From Eledone cirrhosa (lineage: Eukaryota): a DNA stretch of 64,000 nt. A program made the position numbers and the translations under genes. Under the pieces are notes generated by a model, which was given only the letters and a program-made list of their open reading frames with translations, was not told where the DNA came from and did not search any database. The first letter of the stretch is position 1. Every line of letters starts with the position of its first letter. Of the stretch, positions 24,101-39,100 are shown piece after piece. The stretch lies in assembly GCA_964016885.1 (NCBI GenBank), contig OZ024763.1:8804001-8868000 (forward strand), read 5' to 3'.

Positions 24101-27100
24101 GACGAAAATGACTCTATAATGGCTAAAACAGCATCATAATGGCTAAAACACTATCACAAATGAGGAAAATGACTCTCAAACGGCTAAAACAGCATCATAA
24201 ATGACGAAAATGACTAAAACGGCATCATAAATGAGTAAAATGACTCTAAAATGACTAAAACTGCATTATAAAGGACTAAAATGAGTCTCAATGGGCTAAA
24301 ACTGTATTATAAAAGACTACAATGAGTGTAAATGGGCTAAAATCGCATGATAAATGACTAAAAGAACACCAAAATGGCTAAAACGGCATCATAAATGACG
24401 AAAATGACTCTAAAATGTCTAAAACTGCATTATAAAGGACAAAATGAGTCTAAATGGGCTAAAACGGCATCATAAATGCCTAAAATGACTCCAAAATGGC
24501 TAAAGGTCTTCATAAATGACTAAAACGACTCCAAAATGTCTAAAACGGCATCATGAATGACGAAAATGACTCTAAAATGAATTAAACCGCATTATAATGG
24601 CTAAAATACTATCATAAATGAGGAAAATGGCTCTAAAATGGCTAAAACAGCATCATAAATGACGAAATAACGCTTAAATGACTAAACGGGATCATAAATG
24701 AGTAAAATGCCTCTAAAAGGGCTAAAACGGCATCATAAATGACTAAAATGACTCTAAAAGGGCCAAAACGGCAGCATAAATGACTAAAATAACACCAAAA
24801 GGGCTAAAACGGCATCATGAATGACGTAAATGACACTAAAATGGCTCAAGCTGCATTATAAAGGACTAAATTGAGTCTAAATGGGCATCATAAATGACTA
24901 AAATGACTCCAAAATGGCTAAAACGGCATCATTAATGACTAAAACGACTCAAAAATGTCTAAAACGGCATCATAAATGACGAAAATGACTCTAAAAGGGC
25001 TAAAACAGCATCATAAATGACGAAAACGGAATCATAAATGAGTAAAATGACTCTAACAGGGCTAAAACGGCATCATAAATGACTAAAATTGCTAAAACAG
25101 CATCATAATGACTAAAACTCTATCACAAATGACGAATATGACGCTTTAAAGACTACAACGGCATCATAAATGAGTAAAAGGTGTATAAAAGGTTTAAAAC
25201 GGCATCATAAATGACTAAAATTACACTAGAATTGCTAAAACAGCATCATAATGTCTAAAACACTATCATAAATGAGTAAAATGACTCTAAAATGGCTAAA
25301 ACAGCTCAATAAATGACGAAAATGGCGCTTAAATGACTAAAACGGCATCATAAATGAGTAAAATGACACTAAAGGGGCTAAAACGGCATCATAAATGACT
25401 AAAATAGCATCATAATGGCTAAAACAGCATCATCAATGACGAAAATTACGCTTAAATGACTAATAACGGCATCATAAATGACTAAAATGAAGTTTAAATG
25501 ACTAAAACGGCATCATAAATAAGTAAAATGACTCTAAAAGGGCTAAAACAGCATTATAAATGACTAAAACGACTCAAAAATGTCTAAAACGGCATCATAA
25601 ATGACTAAAATGACACTAAAATTGCTAAAACAGCATCATAATGGCTAAAACACTATCATAAATGAGGAATATTACTCTAAAATGGATAAAACAGCATCAT
25701 AAATGACGAAAATGACTAAAACGGCATCATAATAGAGTAATATGACTCTAAAAGGGCTAAAACCGCATCATAAATGACTAAAATGACAGTAAAATTGCTA
25801 AAACAGCATCATAATGACTAAAACTGTATCACAAATGACGAATATGACGCTTAAATGACTAAAACGGCATCATAAATGAGTAAAATGACTATAAAACGGC
25901 TAAAACGGCATTATAAATGACTAAAATAACACCAATATGGCTAAAACGGCATCATGAATGACGAAAATGACTCTATAATGGCTAAAACAGCATCATAATG
26001 GCTAAAACACTATCACAAATGAGGAAAATGACTCTCAAACGGCTAAAACAGCATCATAAATGACGAAAATGACTAAAACGGCATCATAAATGAGTAAAAT
26101 GACTCTAAAATGACTAAAACTGCATTATAAAGGACTAAAATGAGTCTCAATGGGCTAAAACTGTATTATAAAAGACTACAATGAGTGTAAATGGGCTAAA
26201 ATCGCATGATAAATGACTAAAAGAACACCAAAATGGCTAAAACGGCATCATAAATGACGAAAATGACTCTAAAATGTCTAAAACTGCATTATAAAGGACA
26301 AAATGAGTCTAAATGGGCTAAAACGGCATCATAAATGCCTAAAATGACTCCAAAATGGCTAAAGGTCTTCATAAATGACTAAAACGACTCCAAAATGTCT
26401 AAAACGGCATCATGAATGACGAAAATGACTCTAAAATGAATTAAACCGCATTATAATGGCTAAAATACTATCATAAATGAGGAAAATGGCTCTAAAATGG
26501 CTAAAACAGCATCATAAATGACGAAATAACGCTTAAATGACTAAAACGGGATCATAAATGAGTAAAATGCCTCTAAAAGGGCTAAAACGGCATCATAAAT
26601 GACTAAAATGACTCTAAAAGGGCCAAAACGGCAGCATAAATGACTAAAATAACACCAAAAGGGCTAAAACGGCATCATGAATGACGTAAATGACACTAAA
26701 ATGGCTCAAGCTGCATTATAAAGGACTAAATTGAGTCTAAATGGGCATCATAAATGACTAAAATGACTCCAAAATGGCTAAAACGGCATCATTAATGACT
26801 AAAACGACTCAAAAATGTCTAAAACGGCATCATAAATGACGAAAATGACTCTAAAAGGGCTAAAACAGCATCATAAATGACGAAAACGGAATCATAAATG
26901 AGTAAAATGACTCTAACAGGGCTAAAACGGCATCATAAATGACTAAAATTGCTAAAACAGCATCATAATGACTAAAACTCTATCACAAATGACGAATATG
27001 ACGCTTTAAAGACTACAACGGCATCATAAATGAGTAAAAGGTGTATAAAAGGTTTAAAACGGCATCATAAATGACTAAAATTACACTAGAATTGCTAAAA

Positions 27101-30100
27101 CAGCATCATAATGTCTAAAACACTATCATAAATGAGTAAAATGACTCTAAAATGGCTAAAACAGCTCAATAAATGACGAAAATGGCGCTTAAATGACTAA
27201 AACGGCATCATAAATGAGTAAAATGACACTAAAGGGGCTAAAACGGCATCATAAATGACTAAAATAGCATCATAATGGCTAAAACAGCATCATCAATGAC
27301 GAAAATTACGCTTAAATGACTAATAACGGCATCATAAATGACTAAAATGAAGTTTAAATGACTAAAACGGCATCATAAATAAGTAAAATGACTCTAAAAG
27401 GGCTAAAACAGCATTATAAATGACTAAAACGACTCAAAAATGTCTAAAACGGCATCATAAATGACTAAAATGACACTAAAATTGCTAAAACAGCATCATA
27501 ATGGCTAAAACACTATCATAAATGAGGAATATTACTCTAAAATGGATAAAACAAGCATCATAAATGACGAAAATGACTAAAACGGCATCATAATAGAGTA
27601 ATATGACTCTAAAAGGGCTAAAACCGCATCATAAATGACTAAAATGACAGTAAAATTGCTAAAACAGCATCATAATGACTAAAACTGTATCACAAATGAC
27701 GAATATGACGCTTAAATGACTAAAACGGCATCATAAATGAGTAAAATGACTATAAAACGGCTAAAACGGCATTATAAATGACTAAAATAACACCAATATG
27801 GCTAAAACGGCATCATGAATGACGAAAATGACTCTATAATGGCTAAAACAGCATCATAATGGCTAAAACACTATCACAAATGAGGAAAATGACTCTCAAA
27901 CGGCTAAAACAGCATCATAAATGACGAAAATGACTAAAACGGCATCATAAATGAGTAAAATGACTCTAAAATGACTAAAACTGCATTATAAAGGACTAAA
28001 ATGAGTCTCAATGGGCTAAAACTGCATTATAAAAGACTACAATGAGTGTAAATGGGCTAAAATCGCATGATAAATGACTAAAAGAACACCAAAATGGCTA
28101 AAACGGCATCATAAATGACGAAAATGACTCTAAAATGTCTAAAACTGCATTATAAAGGACAAAATGAGTCTAAATGGGCTAAAACGGCATCATAAATGAC
28201 TAAAATGATTCCAAAATGGCTAAAGGTCTTCATAAATGACTAAAACGACTCCAAAATGTCTAAAACGGCATCATGAATGACGAAAATGACTCTAAAATGA
28301 ATTAAACCGCATTATAATGGCTAAAATACTATCATAAATGAGGAAAATGGCTCTAAAATGGCTAAAACAGCATCATAAATGACGAAATAACGCTTAAATG
28401 ACTAAAACGGGATCATAAATGAGTAAAATGCCTCTAAAAGGGCTAAAACGGCATCATAAATGACTAAAATGACTCTAAAAGGGCCAAAATGGCAGCATAA
28501 ATGACTAAAATAACACCAAAAGGGCTAAAACGGCATCATGAATGACGTAAATGACACTAAAATGGCTCAAGCTGCATTATAAAGGACTAAATTGAGTCTA
28601 AATGGGCATCATAAATGACTAAAATGACTCCAAAATGGCTAAAACGGCATTATTAATGACTAAAACGACTCAAAAATGTCTAAAACGGCATCATAAATGA
28701 CGAAAATGACTCTAAAAGGGCTAAAACAGCATCATAAATGACGAAAACGGAATCATAAATGAGTAAAATGACTCTAACAGGGCTAAAACGGCATCATAAA
28801 TGACTAAAATTGCTAAAACAGCATCATAATGACTAAAACTCTATCACAAATGACGAATATGACGCTTTAAAGACTACAACAGCATCATAAATGAGTAAAA
28901 GGTGTATAAAAGGTTTAAAACGGCATCATAAATGACTAAAATTACACTAGAATTGCTAAAACAGCATCATAATGTCTAAAACACTATCATAAATGAGTAA
29001 AATGACTCTAAAATGGCTAAAACAGCTCAATAAATGACGAAAATGGCGCTTAAATGACTAAAACGGCATCATAAATGAGTAAAATGACTCTAAAGGGGCT
29101 AAAACGGCATCATAAATGACTAAAATAGCATCATAAGGGCTAAAACAGCATCATCAATGACGAAAATGACGCTTAAATGACTAATAATGGCATCATAAAT
29201 GACTAAAATGAAGTTTAAATGACTAAAACGGCATCATAAATAAGTAAAATGACTCTAAAAGGGCTAAAACGGCATCATAAATGACTAAAACGACTCAAAA
29301 ATGTCTAAAACGGCATCATGAATGACGAAAATGACTCTATAATGGCTAAAACAGCATCATAATGGCTAAAACACTATCACAAATGAGGAAAATGACTCTC
29401 AAACGGCTAAAACAGCATCATAAATGACGAAAATGACTAAAACGGCATCATAAATGAGTAAAATGACTCTAAAATGACTAAAACTGCATTATAAAGGACT
29501 AAAATGAGTCTCAATGGGCTAAAACTGTATTATAAAAGACTACAATGAGTGTAAATGGGCTAAAATCGCATGATAAATGACTAAAAGAACACCAAAATGG
29601 CTAAAACGGCATCATAAATGACGAAAATGACTCTAAAATGTCTAAAACTGCATTATAAAGGACAAAATGAGTCTAAATGGGCTAAAACGGCATCATAAAT
29701 GCCTAAAATGACTCCAAAATGGCTAAAGGTCTTCATAAATGACTAAAACGACTCCAAAATGTCTAAAACGGCATCATGAATGACGAAAATGACTCTAAAA
29801 TGAATTAAACCGCATTATAATGGCTAAAATACTATCATAAATGAGGAAAATGGCTCTAAAATGGCTAAAACAGCATCATAAATGACGAAATAACGCTTAA
29901 ATGACTAAAACGGGATCATAAATGAGTAAAATGCCTCTAAAAGGGCTAAAACGGCATCATAAATGACTAAAATGACTCTAAAAGGGCCAAAACGGCAGCA
30001 TAAATGACTAAAATAACACCAAAAGGGCTAAAACGGCATCATGAATGACGTAAATGACACTAAAATGGCTCAAGCTGCATTATAAAGGACTAAATTGAGT

Positions 30101-33100
30101 CTAAATGGGCATCATAAATGACTAAAATGACTCAGCATAAATGACTAAAATAACACCAAAAGGGCTAAAACGGCATCATGAATGACGTAAATGACACTAA
30201 AATGGCTCAAGCTGCATTATAAAGGACTAAATTGAGTCTAAATGGGCATCATAAATGACTAAAATGACTCCAAAATGGCTAAAACGGCATCATTAATGAC
30301 TAAAGACTCAAATGTCTAAAACAGCATCATAATGACTAAAACTCTATCACAAATGACGAATATGACGCTTTAAAGACTACAACAGCATCATAAATGAGTA
30401 AAAGGTGTATAAAAGGTTTAAAACGGCATCATAAATGACTAAAATTACACTAGAATTGCTAAAACAGCATCATAATGTCTAAAACACTATCATAAATGAG
30501 TAAAATGACTCTAAAATGGCTAAAACAGCTCAATAAATGACGAAAATGGCGCTTAAATGACTAAAACGGCATCATAAATGAGTAAAATGACTCTAAAGGG
30601 GCTAAAACGGCATCATAAATGACTAAAATAGCATCATAATGGCTAAAACAGCATCATCAATGACGAAAATGACGCTTAAATGACTAATAACGGCATCATA
30701 AATGACTAAAATGAAGTTTAAATGACTAAAACGGCATCATAAATAAGTAAAATGACTCTAAAAGGGCTAAAACGGCATCATAAATGACTAAAACGACTCA
30801 AAAATGTCTAAAACGGCATCATAAATGACGAAAATGACTCTAAAATTGCTAAAACAGCATCATAATGGCTAAAACACTATCATACATGAGGAATATTACT
30901 CTAAAATGGCTAAAACAGCATCATAAATGACGAAAATGACTAAAACGGCATCATAATAGAGTAATATGACTCTAAAAGGGCTAAAACCGCATCATAAATG
31001 ACTAAAATGACAGTAAAATTGCTAAAATAATGCCGTTTAGCCCTTTTATAGTCAATTTACTCATTTATGATGCCGTTTTAGTCATTTAAGCGTCATATTC
31101 GTCATTTGTGATACAGTTTTAGTCATTATGATGCTGTTTTAGCAATTTTACTGTCATTTTAGTCATTTATGATGCGGTTTTAGCCCTTTTAGAGTCATAT
31201 TATTCTATTATGATGCCGTTTTAGTCATTTTCGTCATTTATTATGCTGTTTTAGCCATTTTAGAGTAATATTCCTCATTTATGATAGTGTTTTAGCCATT
31301 ATGATGCTGTTTTAGCAATTTTAGAGTCATTTTCGTCATTTATGATGCCGTTTTAGACATTTTTGAGTCGTTTTAGTCATTTATGAAGCCGTTTTAGCCC
31401 TTTTAGAGTCATTTTACTCATTTATGATGCCGTTTTAGTCATTTAAGCGCCATTTTCGTCATTTATTGAGCTGTTTTAGCCATTTTAGAGTCATTTTACT
31501 CATTTATGATAGTGTGTTAGACATTATGATGCTGTTTTAGCAATTCTAATGTAATTTTAGTCATTTATGATGCCGTTTTAAACCTTTTATACACCTTTTA
31601 CTCATTTATGATGCCGTTGTAGTCTTTAAAGCGTCATATTCGTCATTTGTGATAGAGTTTTAGTCATTATGATGCTGTTTTAGCAATTTTAGTCATTTAT
31701 GATGCCGTTTTAGCCCTGTTAGAGTCATTTTACTCATTTATGATTCCGTTTTCGTCATTTATGATGCTGCTCTAGCCATTTTAGAGTCATTTTCGTCATT
31801 TATGATGCCGTTTTAGACATTTTTGAGTCGTTTTAGTCATTAATGATGACGTTTTAGCCATTTTGGAGTCATTTTAGTCATTTATGATGCCCATTTAGAC
31901 TCAATTTAGTCCTTTATAATGCAGCTTGAGCCATTTTAGTCTCATTTACGTCATTCATGATGCCGTTTTAGCCCTTTTGGTGTTATTTTAGTCATTTATG
32001 CTGCCGTTTTGGCCTATTTAGAGTCATTTTAGTCATTTATGATGCCGTTTTAGCCCTTTTAGAGGCATTTTACTCATTCATGATGCCGTTTTAGCCATTT
32101 TGGTGTTCTTTTAATCATTTATCATGCGATTTTAGCCCATTTACACTTATTGTAGTCTTTTATAATGCAGTTTTAGCCCATTGAGACTCATTTTAGTCCT
32201 TTATAATGCAGTTTTAGTCATTTTAGAGTCATTTTACTCATTTATGATGCCGTTTTAGTCATTTTACTCATTTATGATGCTGTTTTAACCGTTTAAGAGT
32301 CATTTTCGTCATTTATGATGCCGTTTTGGCCATTTTGGTGTTCTTTTAGTCATTTATCATGCGATTTTAGCCCATTTACACTCATTGTAGTCTTTTATAA
32401 TGCAGTTTTAGCCCATTGAGACTCATTTTAGTCCTTTATAATGCAGTTTTAGTCATTTTAGAGTCATTTTCGTCATTCATGATGCCGTTTTAAACCTTTT
32501 ATACACCTTTTACTCATTTATGATGCCGTTTTTGACATTTTTGAGTCGTTTTAGTCATTAATGATGCGGTTTAAGCCATTTTGGAGTCATTTATTCATTT
32601 ATGATGCCCATTTAGACTCAATTTAGTCCTTTATAATGCAGCTTGAGCCATTTTAGTGTCATTTACGTCATTCATGATGCCGTTTTAGCCCTTTTGGTGT
32701 TATTTTAGTCATTTATGCTGCCGTTTTGGCCTTTTTAGAGTCATTTTAGTCATTTATGATGCCGTTTTAGCCCTTTTAGAGGCATTTTACTCATTTATGA
32801 TCCCGTTTTAGTCATTTAAGCGTTAATTCGTCATTTATGATGCTGTTTTAGCCATTTTAGAGCAATTTTCCTCATTTATGATAGTATTTTAGCCATTATA
32901 ATGCGGTTTAATTCATTTTAGAGTCATTTTCGTCATTCATGATGCCGTTTTAGACATTTAGGAGTCGTTTTAGTCATTTGTGAAGACCTTTAGCCATTTT
33001 GGAGTCATTTTAGTCATTCATGATGCCGTTTTAGCCCATTTAGACTAATTTTGTCCTTTATAATGCAGTTTTAGACATTTTAGAGTCATTTTCGTCATTT

Positions 33101-36100
33101 ATGATGCCGTTTTAGCCATTTTGGTGTTCTTTTAGTCATTTATCATGCGATTTTAGCCCATTTACACTCATTGTAGTCTTTTATAATGCAGTTTTAGCCC
33201 ATTGAGACTCATTTTAGTCCTTTATAATGCAGTTTTAGTCATTTTAGAGTCATTTTACTCATTTATGATGCCGTTTTAGTCATTTTCGTCATTTATGATG
33301 CTGTTTTAGCCGTTTGAGAGTCATTTTCGTCATTTATGATGCCGTTTTAGCCATTTTGGTGTTCTTTTAGTCATTTATCATGCGATTTTAGCCCATTTAC
33401 ACTCATTGTAGTCATTTATAATGCAGTTTTAGCCCATTGAGACTCATTTTAGTCCTTTATAATGCAGTTTTAGTCATTTTAGAGTCATTTTACTCATTTA
33501 TGATGCCGTTTTAGTCATTTTCGTCATTTATGATGCTGTTTTAGCCATCTTGGTGTTATTTTAGTCATTTATGATGCCGCTTTTGTCATTTTCGTCCTTT
33601 ATGATGCTGTCTGAGCCATTATGATGCTGTTTTAGCAATTTTAGAGTCATTTTAGTCATTTATAATGCCCTTTTAGAATCATTTTACTCATTTATGATGC
33701 CGTTTTATTCATTTAAGCGCCATATTACTAATTTATGATAGTGTTTTAGCCACTATGATGCTGTTTTAGCAATTCTAGTTTAATTTTAGTCATTTCAGAA
33801 GCCGTTTTATCCCTTTTTGTGTCATTTTACTCATTTATGATGCCGTTTTAGTCATTTAAGCGTGATTTTCGTCATTTATGATGCTGTTTTAGCCATTTGA
33901 GAGTGATTTTCCTCATTTGTGATAGTGTTTTTTGCCATTATGATGTTGTTTTAGCCATTTTAGGGTAGTTTTCTTCCTTTATGATAGTGCTTTAGCCATT
34001 ATAATGCTGTTTTAGCCATTTTAGAGTCATTTTCGTCATTTATGATGCCGTTTTAGACATTTTTGAGTCTTTTTCGTCATTTATGATGCCGTTTTAGCCA
34101 TATTGGAGTCATTTTAGTCATTTATGATGCCGTTTTAGCCCATTTAGACTCGTTTTCATCATTTATAATGCAGTTTTAGCCATTTTAGAGTCATTTACGT
34201 CATTCGTGCTGCTGTTTTAGCAATTTTAGTGTTTTTTTAGTTATTTATGATGCCGTTTTAGCACTTTTAGAGTCATTTTAGTCATTTATGATGCCGTTTC
34301 AGCCAGTTTTGAGTCATTTTAGTCATTTATGATGCCGTTTTAGCCCATTAAGACTCATTTTAGTCCTTTATAATCCAGTTTTAGCCATTTTAGAGTCATT
34401 TTCGTCATATATGATGCCGTTTTAGCCATTTTGGTGTTCTTTTAGTCATTATGATGCCGTTTTAGTCCTTTTAGAGTCATTTTACTCATTTATGATGTCG
34501 ATTTAGTCATTTAAGCGTCATTTTCGTCATTTATGATGCTGTTTTAGCCATTATGATGCTCTATTAGCAATGTTTGTGTCGTTTTACTCATTACTGATGC
34601 CGTTTTAGCCATTCTAGTGTCATTTTAGTCATTTATGATGCCGTTTTAGTCATTTAAGCGTCATTTTCGTCATTTATGATGTTGTTTTAGCAATTTTAGA
34701 GTAATTTTCCTCATTTATGATGCTGTTTTAGCCATTTTAGAACCATTTCCCTCATTTATGATAGTATTTTAGCCATTATAATGCGGTTTTAGGCCATTTA
34801 GACTCATTTTGTCCTTTATAATGCAGTTTTAGACATTTTAGAGTCATTTTCGTCATTCATAATGCCGTTTTAGCCATTTTGGTGTTATTTTAGTCATTTA
34901 TGATGCCGTCTTAGCCATTATGATGCTATTTTAGCAATCTTAGTGTCATTTTAGTCATTTATGATGCCGTTTATTCATTTAAGCGCCATTTTCGTCATTT
35001 ATGATGCCGTTTTAGCCATTTTAGAGTGATTTTCCTCATTTATAATAGTGTTTTAACCATTATGATGCTGTTTTACCCATTTTAGAGTCATTTTCGTCGT
35101 TTATGATGCCGTTTTAGACATTTTTGAGTCATTTTAGTCATTTATGATGCCGTTTTAGCCCTTGTAGAGTCATTTTACTCATTTATGATGCCGTTTCAGT
35201 CATTTAAACATCATTTTAGTCATTTATGATGCCGTTTTAGTCATTTAAGCGTCATTTACGTCATTCATGATGCAGTTTTAGCAATTTTGGTGTTATTTTA
35301 GTTATTTATGATGCCGTTTTAGCCCTTTTAGAGTCATTTTGGTCCTTTATAATGCAGTTTTAGCCATTTTAGAGTCATTTACGTCATTCATGATGCCGTT
35401 TTAGCCATTTTGCTGTTATTTTAGTCATTTATGATGCCGTTCTAGCCCTTTTAGAGTTACTTTCCTCATTTATGATGCCGTTTTAATCATTTAAACTTCA
35501 TTTTAATCATTTACGATGCCGTTTTAGACCTTTTAGAGTAATTTTACTCATTTATGATGCCGTTTTAGTCATTAAAGCGTCATTTTCGTTATTTATGATG
35601 CTGTTTTAGCCATTATGATGCTCTTTTAGCAATGTTAGTTTCTTTTTAGTCATTTCTGATGCCGTTTTAGCACTTTTAGTGTCATTTTAATCATTTATGA
35701 TGCCGTTTTAGTCATTTAAGCGTCATTTTCGTCATTTATGATGCTGTTTTAGCCATTTTAGTGTAATCTTCGTTATTTATGATGCCGTTTCAGACATTTT
35801 TGAGTCGTTTTAGTCATTTATGATGCTGTTTTAGCCATTTTGTAGTCATTTTACTAATTTATGATGCCGTTTTAGCTCATTTAGACTCAATTTAGTCCTT
35901 TATAATGCAGCTTTAGCACTTTTAGAGTCATTTTACTCATTTATGATCCCGTTTTAGTCATTTAAGCGCCATTTTCGTCATTTATGATGCTGTTTTATCC
36001 ATTTTAGAGCCATTTCTCTCATTTATGATAGTATTTTAGCCATTATAATGCGGTTTAATTCATATTAGAGTCATTTTCGTCATTCATGATGCCGTTTTAG

Positions 36101-39100
36101 ACATTTTGGAGTCGTTTTAGTCATTTGTGAAGACCTTTAGCCATTTTGGAGTCATTTTAGTCATTTATGATGCCGTTTTAGCCCATTTAGACTCATTTTG
36201 TCCTTTATAATGCAGTTTTAGACATTTTAGAGTCATTCTCGTCATTCATGATGCCGTTTTAACCATTTTGGTGTTCTTTTAGTCATTTATCATGCGATTT
36301 TAGCCAATTTACACTCATTGTAGTCTTTTATAATGCAGTTTTAGCCCATTGAGACTCATTTTAGTCCTTTATAATGCAGTTTTAGTCATTTTAGAGTCAT
36401 TTCACTCATTTATGATGCCGTTTTAGTCATTTTCGTCATTTATGATGCAGTTTTAGCCGTTTGAGAGTCATTTTCCTCATTTGTGATAGTGTTTTAGCCA
36501 TTATGATGCTGTTTTAGCCATTATAGAGTCATTTTCGTCATTTATGATGCCGTTTTAGAAATTTTTGAGTCGTTTTAGTCATTTATGATGCCGTTTTAGC
36601 CATTTTAGAGTCATTTTACTTATTTATGATGCCGTTTTAGTCATTTAAACTTCATTTTAGTCATTTATGAAGCCGTTTTAGTCATTTAAGCGTCATTTTC
36701 GTCATTGACGATGCTGTTTTAGCCATTATGATGCTATTTTAGTCATTTATGATGCCGTTTTAGCCCCTTTAGAGTCATTTTACTCATTTATGATGCCGTT
36801 TTAGTCATTTAAGCGCCATTTTCGTCATTTATAGAGCTGTTTTAGCCATTTTAGAGTCATTTTACTCATTTATGATAGTGTTTTAGACATAAATGAGTTA
36901 AATGACTCTAAAATGGCTAAAACAGCTCAATAAATGACGAAAATGGCGCTTAAATGACTAAAACGACATCATAAATGAGTAAAATGACTCTAAAAGGGCT
37001 ATAACGGCATGATAAATGACTAAAATAGCATCATAATGGCTAAAACAGCATCATCAATGACGAAAATGACGCTTAAATGACTAAAACGGCATCATAAATG
37101 ACTAAAATGAAGTTTTAATGACTAAAACGGCATCATCAATAAGTAAAATGTCTCTAAAAGGGCTAAAACGGCATCATAAATGACTAAAACGACTCAAAAA
37201 TGTCTAAAACGTCATCATAAATGAGGAATATTACTCTAAAATGGCTAAAACAGCATCATAAATGACGAAAATGACTAAAACGGCATCACAATAGAGTAAT
37301 ATGACTCTAAAAGGGCTAAAACCGCATCATAAATGACTAAAATGACAGTAAAATTGCTAAAACAGCATCATAATGACTAAAACTGTATCACAAATGACGA
37401 ATATGACGCTTAAATGACTAAAACGGCATCATAAATGATTAAAATGACTATAAAAGGGCTAAAACGGCATTATAAATGACTAAAATAACACCAATATGGC
37501 TAAAACGGCATCATGAATGACGAAAATGACTCTATAATGGCTAAAACAGCATCATAATGGCTAAAACACTATCACAAATGAGGAAAATGACTCTCAAACG
37601 GCTAAAACAGCATCATAAATGACGAAAATGACTAAAACGGCATCATAAATGAGTAAAATGACTCTAAAATGAATTACACCGCATTATAATGGCTAAAATA
37701 CTATCATAAATGAGGAAAATGACTCTAAAATGACTAAAACTGCATTGTAAAGGACTAAAATGAGTCTCAATGGGCTAAAACTGCATTATAAAAGACTACA
37801 ATGAGTGTAAATGGGCTAAAATCGCATGATAAATGACTAAAAGAACACCAAAATGGCTAAAACGGCATCATAAATGACGAAAATGACTCTAAAATGTCTA
37901 AAACTGCATTATAAAGGACAAAATGAGTCTAAATGGGCTAAAACGGCATCATAAATGACTAAAATGACTCCAAAATGGCTAAAGGTCTTCATAAATGACT
38001 AAAACGACTCCAAAATGTCTAAAACGACATCATGAATGACGAAAATGACTCTAAAATGAATTAAACCGCATTATAATGGCTAAAATACTATCATAAATGA
38101 GGAAAATGGCTCTAAAATGGCTAAAACAGCATCATAAATGACGAAATAACGCTTAAATGACTAAAACGGGATCATAAATGAGTAAAATGCCTCTAAAAGG
38201 GCTAAAACGGCATCATAAATGACTAAAATGACTCTAAAAGGGCCAAAATGGCAGCATAAATGACTAAAATAACACCAAAAGGGCTAAAACGGCATCATGA
38301 ATGACGTAAATGACACTAAAATGGCTCAATCTGCATTATAAAGGACTAAATTGAGTCTAAATGGGCATCATAAATGACTAAAATGACTCCAAAATGGCTA
38401 AAACGGCATCATTAGTGACTAAAACTATTCAAAAATGTCTAAAACGGCATCATAAATGACGAAAATGACTCTAAAAGGGCTAAAACAGCATCATAAATGA
38501 CGAAAACGGAATCATAAATGAGTAAAATGACTCTAACAGGGCTAAAACGGCATCATAAATGACTAAAATTGCTAAAACAGCATCATAATGACTAAAACTC
38601 TATCACAAATGACGAATATGACGCTTTAAAGACTACAACGGCATTATAAATGAGTAAAAGGTGTATAAAAGTTTTAAAACGGCATCATAAATGAGTAAAA
38701 TGACTCTAAAGGGGCTAAAACGGCATCATAAATGACTAAAACAGCATCATAATAGCTAAAACAGCATCATCAATGACGAAAATGACGCTTAAATGACTAA
38801 AACGGCATCATAAATGACTAAAATGAAGTTTAAATGACTAAATCGGCATCATAAATAAGTAAAATGACTCTAAAAGGGCTAAAACGGCATCATTAATGAC
38901 TAAAACGACTCAAAAATGCCTAAAACGGCATCATAAATGACGAAAATGACTCTAAAATTGCTAAAACAGCATCATAATGGCTAAAACACTATCATAAATG
39001 AGGAATATTACTCTAAAATGGCTAAAACAGCATCATAAATGACGAAAATGACTAAAACGGCATCATAAATGAGTAAAATGACTATAAAAGGGCTAAAACG

